From an uncultured Poribacteria bacterium (GTDB lineage Bacteria > Poribacteria > WGA-4E > WGA-3G): 64,000 bases of DNA. Positions 10,585-23,498 of this stretch are shown here, in pieces. Each line of letters begins with the position of its first letter. Within the stretch, counting starts at the first letter, position 1. A program made the position numbers and the translations under genes. Under the pieces are notes generated by a model. The model was not told where the DNA came from. It saw only the letters and a program-made list of their open reading frames with translations, and searched no databases. The stretch spans positions 1,952,001 to 2,016,000 of the forward strand of contig OX638351.1 of NCBI GenBank assembly GCA_951813565.1, written 5' to 3'.

Positions 10585-11919
10585 ATGCAACACACTCCCG
10601 ATTCACTCTGGTTAACAATACTTGAGGAACTTGACGAAACCGCCCGTAATGACATATATCTCCGTCAAGTTATCCCACATTCACTCACCGAGGAGTCTTT
10701 TATCATTGCTGTTCCTTCCGATTATACACAAGACGAAATCGAAGACAGATTTCTCAGTGATATTAAGAAGGTGTTAGGCGATCAAACAAGTAACGGTTGT
10801 AAGTTAAAAATATCAGTGGATACGTCTCTTGCCAAAATCCCCGAGCCAGAGCAAGCTGTACATAGTTATGAAGAAGACACCCCTGAAACAGCAAACTTAA
10901 ATCCTCACTACGTCTTTGACAATTTCATGGTTGGGCCGAGCAATCGCATTTGTCATGCGACTGCGTTTGGTGCATCTGACGACTTGGGCGGAAAATACAA
11001 TCCGCTTTTTATATACGGTGGTGTAGGACTCGGAAAAACACATCTCCTTCATGCCATCGGCAATAGAGTACAAGATATAGGCCCTAAACGGAAAATTTTT
11101 TACGTCACCTCTGAAACGTTTATGAACGAATTTGTTGAATCTATCATGAACCGAAATTCAGCGCAAGGATTCCGCACAAAATACAGAACAGCGGATCTGT
11201 TATTAATTGATGATATCCAATTCCTTGCACGTAAAGAAGGTACACAAGAGGAATTTTTTAATACCTTCAACGATTTATACATGAACTCTAACCAAATCGT
11301 GATGACGAGCGATAGGTCGCCGAGTATGCTTGAAAACCTTGAAGAAAGGCTAAGTTCACGTTTTGAATGGGGCATGGTAGCAGAAATAGATAAACCTAAT
11401 TATGAACTCCGCCTTGCAATTCTACAGCGAAAATGTCAAGACCAAGAATTTGAGGATATTTCCGATAAAGTACTAAGTTACATTGCAGAAATGGTAACGG
11501 CAAATATTCGTGAATTGGAAGGCATACTGATACGTCTCACAACGCAGGCTTCAATTCTTGATGAACGACTTGATATTGACTTTGCACGCAGGGTCCTAAA
11601 TGACACAACCCCGATTAGCAGAGGATTACAGAAAAAAGTTATTACAGCAGAAGCAATACAGAAAGTTGTCACTGATCATTTTCAGCTGGACAGTGATGAC
11701 CTAACTTCTCCTAAGCGGACAAAAGTTCTTGTTTTCCCACGTCAAATCGCGATGTACCTGTGTAGAGAACTCACGCAGCTTTCTCTGTTAGATATTGCTG
11801 AAGCATTCCATCGGCAAAACCATAGAACCATCACGTACGCCTACGAACAGATTGAAAAACTACTTGAAGACAAAGAAATGAAAAAACTTATACAACTTTT
11901 AACTGATGAACTGACATAA
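10585..11919 (+). CDS. dnaA: Chromosomal replication initiator DnaA
   Basis: YNPLFIYGGVGLGKTHL, LLIDDIQF, QEEFF, RLSSRFEWG, NIRELEG, PRQIAMYL. Confidence 0.98.
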   Translation: MQHTPDSLWLTILEELDETARNDIYLRQVIPHSLTEESFIIAVPSDYTQDEIEDRFLSDIKKVLGDQTSNGCKLKISVDTSLAKIPEPEQAVHSYEEDTPETANLNPHYVFDNFMVGPSNRICHATAFGASDDLGGKYNPLFIYGGVGLGKTHLLHAIGNRVQDIGPKRKIFYVTSETFMNEFVESIMNRNSAQGFRTKYRTADLLLIDDIQFLARKEGTQEEFFNTFNDLYMNSNQIVMTSDRSPSMLENLEERLSSRFEWGMVAEIDKPNYELRLAILQRKCQDQEFEDISDKVLSYIAEMVTANIRELEGILIRLTTQASILDERLDIDFARRVLNDTTPISRGLQKKVITAEAIQKVVTDHFQLDSDDLTSPKRTKVLVFPRQIAMYLCRELTQLSLLDIAEAFHRQNHRTITYAYEQIEKLLEDKEMKKLIQLLTDELT

Positions 11920-11959
11920 GTTCTATTCCTCTATCTGAAATTTTAGGAATTCGCAACAT

Positions 11960-12094
11960 TATAGTAAATTATGTAAATAAGTTCACATATATTCTGTAGG
12001 AGCGATCTCCGAATCGCGATGAAACCACTGTTAGTCGGGAATCGGAGTTCCCTCGGACAGCTCAGATGTCCAGTTAATTGTAGAATCCGCTATA
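11960..12094. mobile_element. TATAG...CTATA MITE family (IS630-like ends); also 16067-16223, 25213-25356, 27502-27660, 49046-49148, 51642-51765
   Basis: ~30-bp imperfect terminal inverted repeats (TATAGTRRAWY..AATWA.TKGACA) bounded by TA, each enclosing different internal DNA. Confidence 0.6.
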
Positions 12095-12157
12095 AGATTT
12101 GTAAACCCAAATATTCTCTAAAGTTTAAAGAATTAGATATTTGTTATATACATTTCC

Positions 12158-12430
12158 TATTGATAATAACTTGATAATAACTTGATAATAACTCAACAAT
12201 AACTCTAAATTATTGTTGGTAAATTGTTAATAAGTTTTGCGTTCGTAAATTGAATTGATAAATTGTTAATAAGTGTAAAAGTTGTTATCAAGTTCTTATC
12301 AGCAATCATGTCAATCCCCACAAGGTTTTAGAGCAGTTATTAACATATTATCAGCCCCTACTGTTACTACTATGGTACAATTTAAATTTTAAATTGTACT
12401 TTAGTACATATATAAGACACGTGGATAACT
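12158..12430. other. Replication origin oriC
   Basis: Downstream of dnaA. About 10 box-like 9-mers in 11-bp-spaced groups. TTATTAACA-TATTATCA-GCCCC-TAC TGT TAC TAC TAT (12337-12373) matches the box/GC/DnaA-trio unwinding module, followed by an AT-rich tract. CGTGGATAA at 12420. Confidence 0.85.
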
Positions 12431-12473
12431 ATTTCACGAAACCAATTCCATTTAAAAATAGAGTATGATATAC

Positions 12474-13932
12474 CAATACCTTCGCCAAAAATAATTGAAT
12501 AAATAGGGCGTCTGTCCTAAAGTTATAACAGTTAACCATAACTTAGAAAGGACAATCGCCCATGTCAGAAATTATAGCACTGTTTACTGTTCTTAATCCA
12601 TGTTTATCCGCAACGATGACGCGGCAGTTATGCCGAGTTGTATTCGCACTACTTGCGATGAGTGGTCGGGTAACCATGTTAAATATCTCTCGTTGGACAA
12701 CCCAAGGCGGTAGCTACCGCACCATACAACGCTTTTTCAACACTGTTATGCCTTGGACGACGATGTGTTGGATGTTTTTTCGCACGCATCTGTTTGATCG
12801 TGAAAGTGACTACATCCTCACAGGAGACGAAGTGGTTGTGCCAAAAGCAGGAAAATCTACTTATGGTTTATCTCGTTTCTTTTCTTCATTGTATGGCAAA
12901 GCGGTCCCCGGTTTGTCGTTTTTAGCCGTGTCCTTAGTGAGTGTCAACCGAAGGCGTTCATACCCGATGGTTATGGAGCAAATCGTGCGTGGCACCTCAT
13001 CGTCAAATCAAGGAGTTTGTGCTTCCGAACATCAGGACAACACCGAGACAGCAACACCAAGACATAAATGCGGGCGTCCAAAGGGAAGCCGAAACCGAAA
13101 CAAAGACGATGTCATGCTCAGCGATGTGTTGAAGCAACTTCAAACGATGGTCAAGGCGTTGCTAAAACTGGTTGGCAACTTGATCCCACTCCGTTATCTT
13201 GTGCTTGATGGATACTTCGGACATAATAATGCGCTACAAATGACAAAGCAATGTGGACTACATCTCATTTCAAAACTACGCATAGATGCTGCGTTGTATC
13301 TGCCACCGACGACACCTTACGCCGGACAAGGGCGCCCACGCATCTACGGAGAGCGTTTCACCCCACGACAGATTGACCCTAAGTATTGTGTTTCTGCCGA
13401 CACACAGGGAAACCTGAGAACCGAAGTGTATCAAATGAACTTACGCCACAAAAAGTTCACAGACTTCCTAAATGTAGTTTGCGTTCTCAAAACGAACTTG
13501 ACGACGAAACAACAAGCACACGTTTTACTGTTCAGTTCTGATTTAGCGTTAGACGCTGAAAAACTGATTGATTATTATTCCCTCCGTTTTCAAATCGAGT
13601 TCAACTTCCGCGACGCAAAGCAATATTGGGGATTACAAGATTTTATGAATGTCAACAAGATACCAGTAAACAATGCAGCGAACCTCTCAATGTTTATGGT
13701 GAATGTGAGTGCTAAACTCATAGATACGCTCCGTTGTAAAAATACTGCGTCCAGTGTTTTAGACCTAAAAGCACGCTACCGAGGTTTGAAGTATTTACAC
13801 GAAACATTAAAAATACTTCCGCAAAAACCTGAACCTATTGTTATTCAACAAATCGCACAACATTTGGGAACAATCGGTGCTATTCATCACACACAACCAA
13901 AACTGAACCCCGGATAATTGGCGAAGGTATTG
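12474..13932 (+). mobile_element. Complete IS element (IS4/IS701-like DDE), 1459 bp
   Basis: Perfect 15-bp IRs CAATACCTTCGCCAA (12474-12488, 13918-13932) and 6-bp target duplication ATATAC (12468-12473, 13933-13938). Confidence 0.92.
12562..13917 (+). CDS. DDE transposase
   Basis: TGDE, VLDGYF, YSLRFQIEFNFRDAKQ (Y-R-E-K motif). Fills the IS. Confidence 0.9.
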   Translation: MSEIIALFTVLNPCLSATMTRQLCRVVFALLAMSGRVTMLNISRWTTQGGSYRTIQRFFNTVMPWTTMCWMFFRTHLFDRESDYILTGDEVVVPKAGKSTYGLSRFFSSLYGKAVPGLSFLAVSLVSVNRRRSYPMVMEQIVRGTSSSNQGVCASEHQDNTETATPRHKCGRPKGSRNRNKDDVMLSDVLKQLQTMVKALLKLVGNLIPLRYLVLDGYFGHNNALQMTKQCGLHLISKLRIDAALYLPPTTPYAGQGRPRIYGERFTPRQIDPKYCVSADTQGNLRTEVYQMNLRHKKFTDFLNVVCVLKTNLTTKQQAHVLLFSSDLALDAEKLIDYYSLRFQIEFNFRDAKQYWGLQDFMNVNKIPVNNAANLSMFMVNVSAKLIDTLRCKNTASSVLDLKARYRGLKYLHETLKILPQKPEPIVIQQIAQHLGTIGAIHHTQPKLNPG

Positions 13933-14019
13933 ATATACCTCTTTTAATTTCAAAGAAAATAGCGGAAAATGTTTTAAAGATTTTGTAAATAATTAAATAA
14001 GATAAATGGTGAAGTTCAG

Positions 14020-15180
14020 ATGCACTTGGAGCGCTTATGTCTGCGGAATTTTCGGAATTATGAGGAATGCGATATTACGTTTCATTCACCAGTGACGTTA
14101 ATCGTTGGAAGAAATGCGATGGGAAAAACAAGTCTTCTGGAATCGCTTTATTTTCTTTGTACCGGTGAATCGCACCGTGCGAATACGGCTGTTGAATTAA
14201 TACGACATACATCAGAAGGGTTTTCGGTTACAGGTTATTTCCGTAGTGATAAGAGACCGAATTCACTTATACGACTTGAGGCGGTGAAACCCCGTCAAGG
14301 TGCGTTCCGTCTAAAAACAGATGGTGTGTTGCAACAAAGACGTTCGGACTGGATAGGGCAGTTCAATGTTGTGGTTTTTTCACCTGAATCTTTGGAACTT
14401 GTGAAAGGTGCCCCTACATCCCGCAGACGATGGCTTGATCTGCTTTTATCCCAACTGAATCGTGAATATCTGGACGAACTTCAACGCTATCGTGAGATTT
14501 TACAGCATCGTAATGCGTTATTGAAGAGATTGAGTATCGGAAAAGGCTCGGTTGGCGAAATATCTGTTTGGGATGGTCTCCTTGTTGAATCGGGAGTTGC
14601 GTTGGTTGGCGCAAGACATACTGCGTTAGCAAGACTAAGTGGGATTGTAGAGACAACGCATCTTTCGTTGACAGGTGAACGAGAACGACTTTTGTTGCAA
14701 TATATTCCGGGAGTTGAATGTGTTATCGCTGAACTTTCTGATATTACGAATCTTTCAGATCATTTTCGGAACGCTTTGGCGAAAGCACGTCGGGATGAAT
14801 TGCGGCGTGGCTTAACACTTGTCGGTCCACATCGTGACGATTTTACTTTAATCTTAGAAACGTTAAACGGTGGCGAGACACTTTTGCGTGAAACAGCACG
14901 TACCTATGCTTCTCAAGGACAGTGCCGAACAATAGCACTTGCGCTAAAACTGGCGGAACTGGAGTTTATTCGGGAAGATACCGGTGTGGCACCACTTTTT
15001 TTGCTGGATGATGTCCTGTCGGAGTTGGATGTTAAAAGGCGAGCTTACCTATTAACATATCTACAAGGTGTCAATGCACAGACTGTGATTACAGCTACCG
15101 ACAAAGATGTGATGGGTGACGAACTGCCAGATGTCTACCTATTAATGGTTGAAAACGGTGTAATCGTTAATAATAATTAA
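14020..15180 (+). CDS. recF: DNA replication/repair protein RecF
   Basis: FRNY, GRNAMGKT, GPHRDD, SQGQ, LLDDVLSELD. Confidence 0.96.
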   Translation: MHLERLCLRNFRNYEECDITFHSPVTLIVGRNAMGKTSLLESLYFLCTGESHRANTAVELIRHTSEGFSVTGYFRSDKRPNSLIRLEAVKPRQGAFRLKTDGVLQQRRSDWIGQFNVVVFSPESLELVKGAPTSRRRWLDLLLSQLNREYLDELQRYREILQHRNALLKRLSIGKGSVGEISVWDGLLVESGVALVGARHTALARLSGIVETTHLSLTGERERLLLQYIPGVECVIAELSDITNLSDHFRNALAKARRDELRRGLTLVGPHRDDFTLILETLNGGETLLRETARTYASQGQCRTIALALKLAELEFIREDTGVAPLFLLDDVLSELDVKRRAYLLTYLQGVNAQTVITATDKDVMGDELPDVYLLMVENGVIVNNN

Positions 15181-15227
15181 ACGTTACATATAATAGTGTT
15201 TGTAATTTGGATCGGGTGGATAGAAGG

Positions 15228-15794
15228 ATGCGTTTTAAAAAATATCGTGGAAAAAGGCGAAAGCGAGCGATTCGGCGGAGTACAGTTAAAATACAAGGGG
15301 TTATCGAAACTTTTCTACGTCAAGAAGGTTGGACTGATAAACTCCATGAAAGACAGATTTTTGAGATTTGGGAGTCTATTGTTGGAACACTTGTTGCTTC
15401 GCAAAGTGTACCGGTTTCCTTATCAAATGGAATTTTGAAGGTTGAAATAGTACATTCATCCTGTTGGACTGAATTATCTGCAATGAAAACTCAGCTTCTA
15501 TCAAAACTGGAAAAAAAACTTGATGGTCTGAATTCAGGAATACGTAGACCTTCTAAGAAGGTCAAGATAACTGACATCCGGTTTCGTTTGAACCCGAACA
15601 TTTCTAAGTTGAAATCCATTAAAAATACAGTTAAATCGGATTCAGAAGTATCTGAAAAGATTCTTAAGTCTGTTTCGCCTGAGATGAAAGTACAGATTGA
15701 AGCTGCGGTTTCGGCAGTAAACGATTCTGAGCTGCAGGCTGCTTTAAAGACACTTTTTTTAACACAATGCTCTTATACTGAAACCGCAGAATAA
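15228..15794 (+). CDS. dciA: DUF721 / DciA-like protein
   Basis: WESIVG..P..L.NGIL.V..W..EL..ITDIRF. Typical position between recF and gyrB. Start uncertain (15207 or 15228). Confidence 0.7.
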   Translation: MRFKKYRGKRRKRAIRRSTVKIQGVIETFLRQEGWTDKLHERQIFEIWESIVGTLVASQSVPVSLSNGILKVEIVHSSCWTELSAMKTQLLSKLEKKLDGLNSGIRRPSKKVKITDIRFRLNPNISKLKSIKNTVKSDSEVSEKILKSVSPEMKVQIEAAVSAVNDSELQAALKTLFLTQCSYTETAE

Positions 15795-15815
15795 CAACAA
15801 ACATTTTACATATAT

Positions 15816-16064
15816 AACGACTTGTGCCAGTTAAGTGAAAGTTTTTTTTGTTTTTCACAATTGTTCATATTTTGGGATCAACGCCAAATACGCTTTTGGC
15901 ATTTGGCGGGAGCGATCTCCGAATCGCGACACGTTTGCAGTCGGGAATCGGAGTTCCCTCCTACCTTGAGAACAGCAGCTATCGGAAAAGTTGCGGAATG
16001 CAAACCCAAACAAGAGGAACATGTGAAATATAAATATACCAAATGTTAACTGGCACAACGCGTA
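15816..16064. mobile_element. MITE-like element (AACGACTTGTGCCAGTTAA family)
   Basis: IRs ACGACTTGTGCCAGTTAA / TTAACTGGCACAACGCGT. Contains a REP pair like 11996-12056 and a CAAATCAACG-type hairpin. Confidence 0.6.
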
Positions 16065-16255
16065 TATATAGTAGATTTTGGAATTATTTGGACACTCTTG
16101 CACCAGCGAGGTTAGGAAACCTCGCCTACCTTCAATTTCAATGTAAGAGACGCAACAAATTGCGCGACTACAAACGCACCAAACCTATTAAGAACTAAAA
16201 AAATAATTTTAGATTTCACTATATAAAAAATTTCACAAAATAGATAAAAAATAGG

Positions 16256-16285
16256 TTGACAAAAAATAAAAATTTATGGTATAAT
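16256..16285 (+). promoter_or_regulatory. Sigma70-type promoter of gyrB
   Basis: TTGACA-18 bp-TATAAT with extended -10 TG. Confidence 0.65.
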
Positions 16286-16552
16286 GGATATAGAAAATAC
16301 AAATTTTTGTGTGAAAATTTTATGATACGTTACTCACTACGGGTTGATATGGAAAAGGTCATTAAATTAAGTAAAAATTGTAACTGAGCGTTAAAAAATT
16401 TGATCGGAAAATTGCTGCGATTCGTGATAACTTGTAGGTTGGATTTAGCATAACGAAATCCAGCAACATGTTCTTTCCATGCTGTTTGCCTAACCTTATC
16501 TCATTTCATACTTCCGATTGACACAACCAACAACCTAAAAGAGGATTTATAG

Positions 16553-19075
<2,523 letters not shown>

Positions 19076-19111
19076 CTATAGTAAACTCAAAAAATATGTG
19101 ACCATTTTTTG

Positions 19112-19231
19112 GTAGGTGTGGTTTCCTAACCGCACCATAGGTGTCAATTTAAGGATTTATTTCAGGTTTCACACATTTTAACCCAAACAACACCGTAACC
19201 CGATTGTAGGGGCGGGTCTCTGTGCCCGCCC
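19112..19231. repeat. GTAG-type REP hairpins (many more across the window)
   Basis: GTAGGTGTGGTTTCCTAACCGCACC and GTAGGGGCGGGTCTCTGTGCCCGCCC. Related units near 595, 840-860, 11996, 16105-16129, 25280, 27535, 29848-29871, 32409, 34879, 35247, 35438, 42426, 43612, 46670-46695, 49090. Confidence 0.8.
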
Positions 19232-19399
19232 GTTGTTTGAATACATCAGAAACATGATTCAACCTCCATCTAAGCTGAAAATACAGAAAAATGAGTGAAA
19301 CCCAACTCTTTTCTCTCTTATGGACAGACAATTGGAATCAAATATCTAACTCACGTTATAATAAAAAGAAAATAGTCATAACGAATATAAGAGAAATAT

Positions 19400-21856
19400 A
19401 TGCAAGAAGAAAACATCGTTAGGCGATCTATAGAAACCGAACTACAGACCTCATACCTCACGTACGCGATGAGTGTAAATACAAATAGAGCAATCCCCGA
19501 TGTGCGTGATGGCTTGAAGCCGAGTGCACGCCGAATCATCTATGCTATGGGAGAGATTAATCTCACGAGTAGTCGTCCCTACGATAAATGTGCTGCTGTT
19601 GTTGGGGAGGTTATGAAGAACTTTCATCCACACGGCGATGGTCCGATTTACGGCACGCTCGTAGGGCTTGCCCAGGAATTTAGTACACGTTATCCCTTAA
19701 TTGATGGACAGGGAAACTTCGGGTCTATTGACGATGACCCGGCAGGAGCAATGCGTTACACGGAGTGTAGACTTACAAAGATTGCTGAAACACTCCTGCT
19801 GGATATTAATAAGGATACTGTTGACTTTCAACCCAATTATAAAGAATCGTTAGAAGAACCTACCGTCCTGCCCGGTCTTCTTCCGAACCTGCTTGTGAAC
19901 GGTACTGACGGTATCGGTATAGGTTATTCAACAAAGATCCCACCACATAACCTCAATGAAGTCGTGGATGCCCTTCTACATGTAATTGATTTTCCGGAAG
20001 CGTCAATTGATGAGTTGATGGAATTTATCCCGGGGCCAGATTTTCCCACTGCTGGAATTATCGTTGGGAAAAAAGGAATCAAAGATATGTATTCTGCTGG
20101 CAAAGGGAGTATGACGATGCGGGCGAAAGTGGAAATTGAACCGATAACGCACGATAAATCTCGTGGAGACCGCGAGCAGATTGTAGTTACTGAAATTCCC
20201 TATCAGATTAAGAAAAATTTGCTGCTGCAACAGATGGTTGAGCAGGTAGTGAGTAAAACGATTACTGGCATTTCGGATATCAGAGACGAATCTGATGAGG
20301 AGATCCGTATCGTTATTGAACTTAAGCGCGGGGAAGTGCCACAAGTTGTCTTAAACCAACTCTACAAGCACACAAAGATGCAGCATTTTTTTCCTGCAAA
20401 CCTTCTCTGCCTTGTTGAAGGACTTCCTAAAATATTAACGCTCCCCGAGATTTTACGCTACTACTTGATGCATCGGCGGGATGTTATCCGTAGACGCACG
20501 CAGTATGATTTAGCACGATGCGAACGCCGCGCTCATATTTTAGAGGGATACCGTATAGCGCTTGAACATTTAGAAGAAGTTATTGACATCGTCCAAACTG
20601 CTGATACCCCACAAGCAGCCAAAGAACAACTGATAGCACAGTATGAACTTTCTGAAGATCAAGCGAACGAGGTGCTGGGACTAACCTTAAGCCAGTTAAC
20701 AGGATTAGGGCGTCAGAATATTAACGAAGAATACGAAAAATTGGTAGTAGAAATTGCGGAACTTCGTGCTATTCTTGATAGTGAAGATCTTGTTACCAAC
20801 ATCATCAGAGAAGAATTGGAGGGGTTGAAGGAGGATCATGGAGATGATCGCATCACCGAAATTGTTTCGGAGGTCGAAAGTTTCGAAATGGAAGATCTCA
20901 TCGCTGATGAGGAGATGGTTGTCACGCTCACGCATTCTGGATATCTCAAACGGATTCCCATGGATACCTACCGAACGCAAAATCGAGGTGGGGTTGGTAT
21001 AAAAGGCGGTAACCCAAAAGACGGGGACTTCTTGGAACAACTGCTTATTGCAACAGCGCATCAATCCCTTCTTTTCTTTACAAGCCTCGGCAAGTGCTAT
21101 GTTCTGAAAGTTTTTGAGATACCGGAAGGTTCACGTCAAGCAGCTGGACGCGCAGCGGTAAATATGCTAAAACTAAGTGACTCTGAGACTATTACTGCAT
21201 TTTTACCCATTCGAGAGTTTAATGAAGACCTCTATATTCTTATGGCAACAAAATACGGTATTGTAAAGAAAACTCCATTGGGTGACTTTAGAAATCCCAT
21301 TTCCAGTGGAATTATAGCGGTTAATTTAGATCCAGACGACCAATTAATTGGGGCGCACCTTACCGATGGAAATTACGATGTTATTCTGGTTAGCCATAAT
21401 GGGAACTCTATACGATTTAAGGAATCAGATGTTCGCAGTATGGGGCGCCGTACACGTGGTGTTCGCGGCATCCGGCTCGCTGAAGAAGACTTTGTCGTAG
21501 ACATGGTCTGTTCTGCTGATGAAAAAGATTCTCTTCTCATTGTAACTGAAAACGGTTATGGCAAGCGAACAGGACTATCCGCGTATCGTTCGCAGAAGCG
21601 CGGCGGCATAGGATTGACTGCCATTAAGCGTTCAACACGTAATGGTGCGGTTGTTTCTGCAAAATTAGTTTCAAAGTCAGACGAGCTCGTTTTGATTAGT
21701 TCTACTGGATACATTACACGCATGGCAGTCAGTGACATTCGTTCAATTGGACGCACAACGCAGGGCGTAAGACTCATGACTTTACAAGAAGACGAGATAC
21801 TTGTTGACGTTGGTAAAATCTCAGAAACCGATTCTGGTAGCAATGTGGAAGGATAG
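19400..21856 (+). CDS. gyrA: DNA gyrase subunit A
   Basis: DGLKPSARR, HPHGD, GQGNFGS, AMRYTE, GyrA-box QNRGGVG, C-terminal pinwheel repeats. Confidence 0.97.
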   Translation: MQEENIVRRSIETELQTSYLTYAMSVNTNRAIPDVRDGLKPSARRIIYAMGEINLTSSRPYDKCAAVVGEVMKNFHPHGDGPIYGTLVGLAQEFSTRYPLIDGQGNFGSIDDDPAGAMRYTECRLTKIAETLLLDINKDTVDFQPNYKESLEEPTVLPGLLPNLLVNGTDGIGIGYSTKIPPHNLNEVVDALLHVIDFPEASIDELMEFIPGPDFPTAGIIVGKKGIKDMYSAGKGSMTMRAKVEIEPITHDKSRGDREQIVVTEIPYQIKKNLLLQQMVEQVVSKTITGISDIRDESDEEIRIVIELKRGEVPQVVLNQLYKHTKMQHFFPANLLCLVEGLPKILTLPEILRYYLMHRRDVIRRRTQYDLARCERRAHILEGYRIALEHLEEVIDIVQTADTPQAAKEQLIAQYELSEDQANEVLGLTLSQLTGLGRQNINEEYEKLVVEIAELRAILDSEDLVTNIIREELEGLKEDHGDDRITEIVSEVESFEMEDLIADEEMVVTLTHSGYLKRIPMDTYRTQNRGGVGIKGGNPKDGDFLEQLLIATAHQSLLFFTSLGKCYVLKVFEIPEGSRQAAGRAAVNMLKLSDSETITAFLPIREFNEDLYILMATKYGIVKKTPLGDFRNPISSGIIAVNLDPDDQLIGAHLTDGNYDVILVSHNGNSIRFKESDVRSMGRRTRGVRGIRLAEEDFVVDMVCSADEKDSLLIVTENGYGKRTGLSAYRSQKRGGIGLTAIKRSTRNGAVVSAKLVSKSDELVLISSTGYITRMAVSDIRSIGRTTQGVRLMTLQEDEILVDVGKISETDSGSNVEG

Positions 21857-21939
21857 TTGTCAGTAACAAACCTTCGTCAAATGTGGTTACGAATTATGGA
21901 GCGGGTTTGCCACTATTAAAGCAGATAAGGAGAACGATT

Positions 21940-23394
21940 ATGAAAAGCAACTTATGGAGATTTTTTATCCTGCTAAGTGCAGTGTGTCTTTTCTCAACAG
22001 GGAATGTAACAGATGCGCAAGAATTAATGCCTCTTGCAACACCAGAACAGGTGCCGTTGACAGAGGAATCAGAAACTGCAAAGCAGGTTTACACTCAGCT
22101 GATGCACGCAATCTACCTACAAAGTTTTGATAGGGATGTGGATGCTGCAAAACGGATATATGCTGCAAAACATATATATGATGATTTAGTTAAACTGGCC
22201 CCTGATTCTGCTTATATTTGGTACAAACGAGGGCAACTTCGGTTTGATCCGATGGCGGATATAAAAGGTGCTGAAGAGGATATACTTAAAGCACTAAAAC
22301 TTAACCCATCCCACGTTCCAGCAAACTGGCAACTCGCGGAAATTTTATTTCACCGTGCATCCCATTCAGGTGGAAAATATATCATGGAAGGGTTGAAAGC
22401 GGCAAAAAAAGTGACTGAATTAGACCCTGACCATTTCGATGCACACCTAATAATCGTTAGAATAGCGTTTCGCCTCCAAGAATATTCTACTGCGGAAACA
22501 TCTTTGAAAGCACTAACACGAATTCTACCTTTTGAACCTACATTTCACAAGCAACTCGGTGATCTCTACCAAATTACAAATCAGTGGCAAGCAGCTATTG
22601 ATGCCTATCAACGCGTTATCAAAATTAGACCTAAAGACGTTCATAGCCATTTAGGGATCGGCTTGGTTTTTCAGGAACTTGCTCAGCGCTCGCTTGCGCA
22701 AGGAAAAATAGACTCACAAAGTGAGGAAGTTGACTTATCGACTCTCATTCACGAGGCAGAAACATATCTTGGACGAGCGGTCTTCCTTTCAAAAGATGCT
22801 ATAAACAATCCTACGAACGAATCCGGACGTGCCTACTTTCAACGGTTTTTGATAGATTCTCAGTATGCACTGGCAAACGTCTATTTCCTTTTTGAGAAAT
22901 TTGAGAAAGCCGAAGAGACTTTCGCTGAACTTCTTGCTGATAATCCGCTCCATATTGACGCTACATACGGGATTGCTGCTGTTTATCAGACAATTGGAGC
23001 GTTTGAAAAAGCGGAGAAGTATTTGCGTAAAACGCTTGGGATGGAACCGGCGCATGAACTTGCGCTCAACGCACTCGGCTATCTCTATGCGGAGCAAGGA
23101 ACAAATCTTGATGAAGCAGAAGCTTTAATAAAGCGTGCCCTCCAAAGGTCGCCAACAAACGGCGCGTATCTTGATAGTCTTGGATGGGTTTTCTTTAAAC
23201 AGGGACGCTTCACGGAAGCTGTTACAGCGCTGGAAAATGCGAACGAACAAATGCCCGAAAATATTGAGATTTTGATGCACCTTGGCGATGCTTATCTCAA
23301 AAACGGTGAACCTGAAAAAGCGAGACGTGTCTGGGAGCAAGCACAAACAATCGAACCTGATAATGATGAAATACAGGCACGACTCAAGCAATAG
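21940..23394 (+). CDS. Exported tetratricopeptide repeat protein
   Basis: Signal peptide, TPRs, ALNALGYLYA..YLDSLGW motif. RBS AGGAG before ATG 21940. Confidence 0.85.
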   Translation: MKSNLWRFFILLSAVCLFSTGNVTDAQELMPLATPEQVPLTEESETAKQVYTQLMHAIYLQSFDRDVDAAKRIYAAKHIYDDLVKLAPDSAYIWYKRGQLRFDPMADIKGAEEDILKALKLNPSHVPANWQLAEILFHRASHSGGKYIMEGLKAAKKVTELDPDHFDAHLIIVRIAFRLQEYSTAETSLKALTRILPFEPTFHKQLGDLYQITNQWQAAIDAYQRVIKIRPKDVHSHLGIGLVFQELAQRSLAQGKIDSQSEEVDLSTLIHEAETYLGRAVFLSKDAINNPTNESGRAYFQRFLIDSQYALANVYFLFEKFEKAEETFAELLADNPLHIDATYGIAAVYQTIGAFEKAEKYLRKTLGMEPAHELALNALGYLYAEQGTNLDEAEALIKRALQRSPTNGAYLDSLGWVFFKQGRFTEAVTALENANEQMPENIEILMHLGDAYLKNGEPEKARRVWEQAQTIEPDNDEIQARLKQ

Positions 23395-23498
23395 TTTTCA
23401 GCTTTCGGTTTTTGGCTATCAGCATTCAGTTAAGAAACTGCTTTGCTGATAGCCGACGGTTGATTGCTGATGGCTATCTCGCTGAAAGCTATGAAGAA

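Noticed and set aside
12158..12193. TTGATAATAAC x3 as a CRISPR array or VNTR
   Set aside because: No spacers and no cas genes. Better explained as phased DnaA-box-like sites in oriC.
23395..23490. GCTGATAG/CCGATAA-like short repeats (also ~25191, ~42056, ~46600) and the ORF extension from 23412
   Set aside because: Degenerate intergenic short tandem repeats. The signal peptide starts at ATG 23499.
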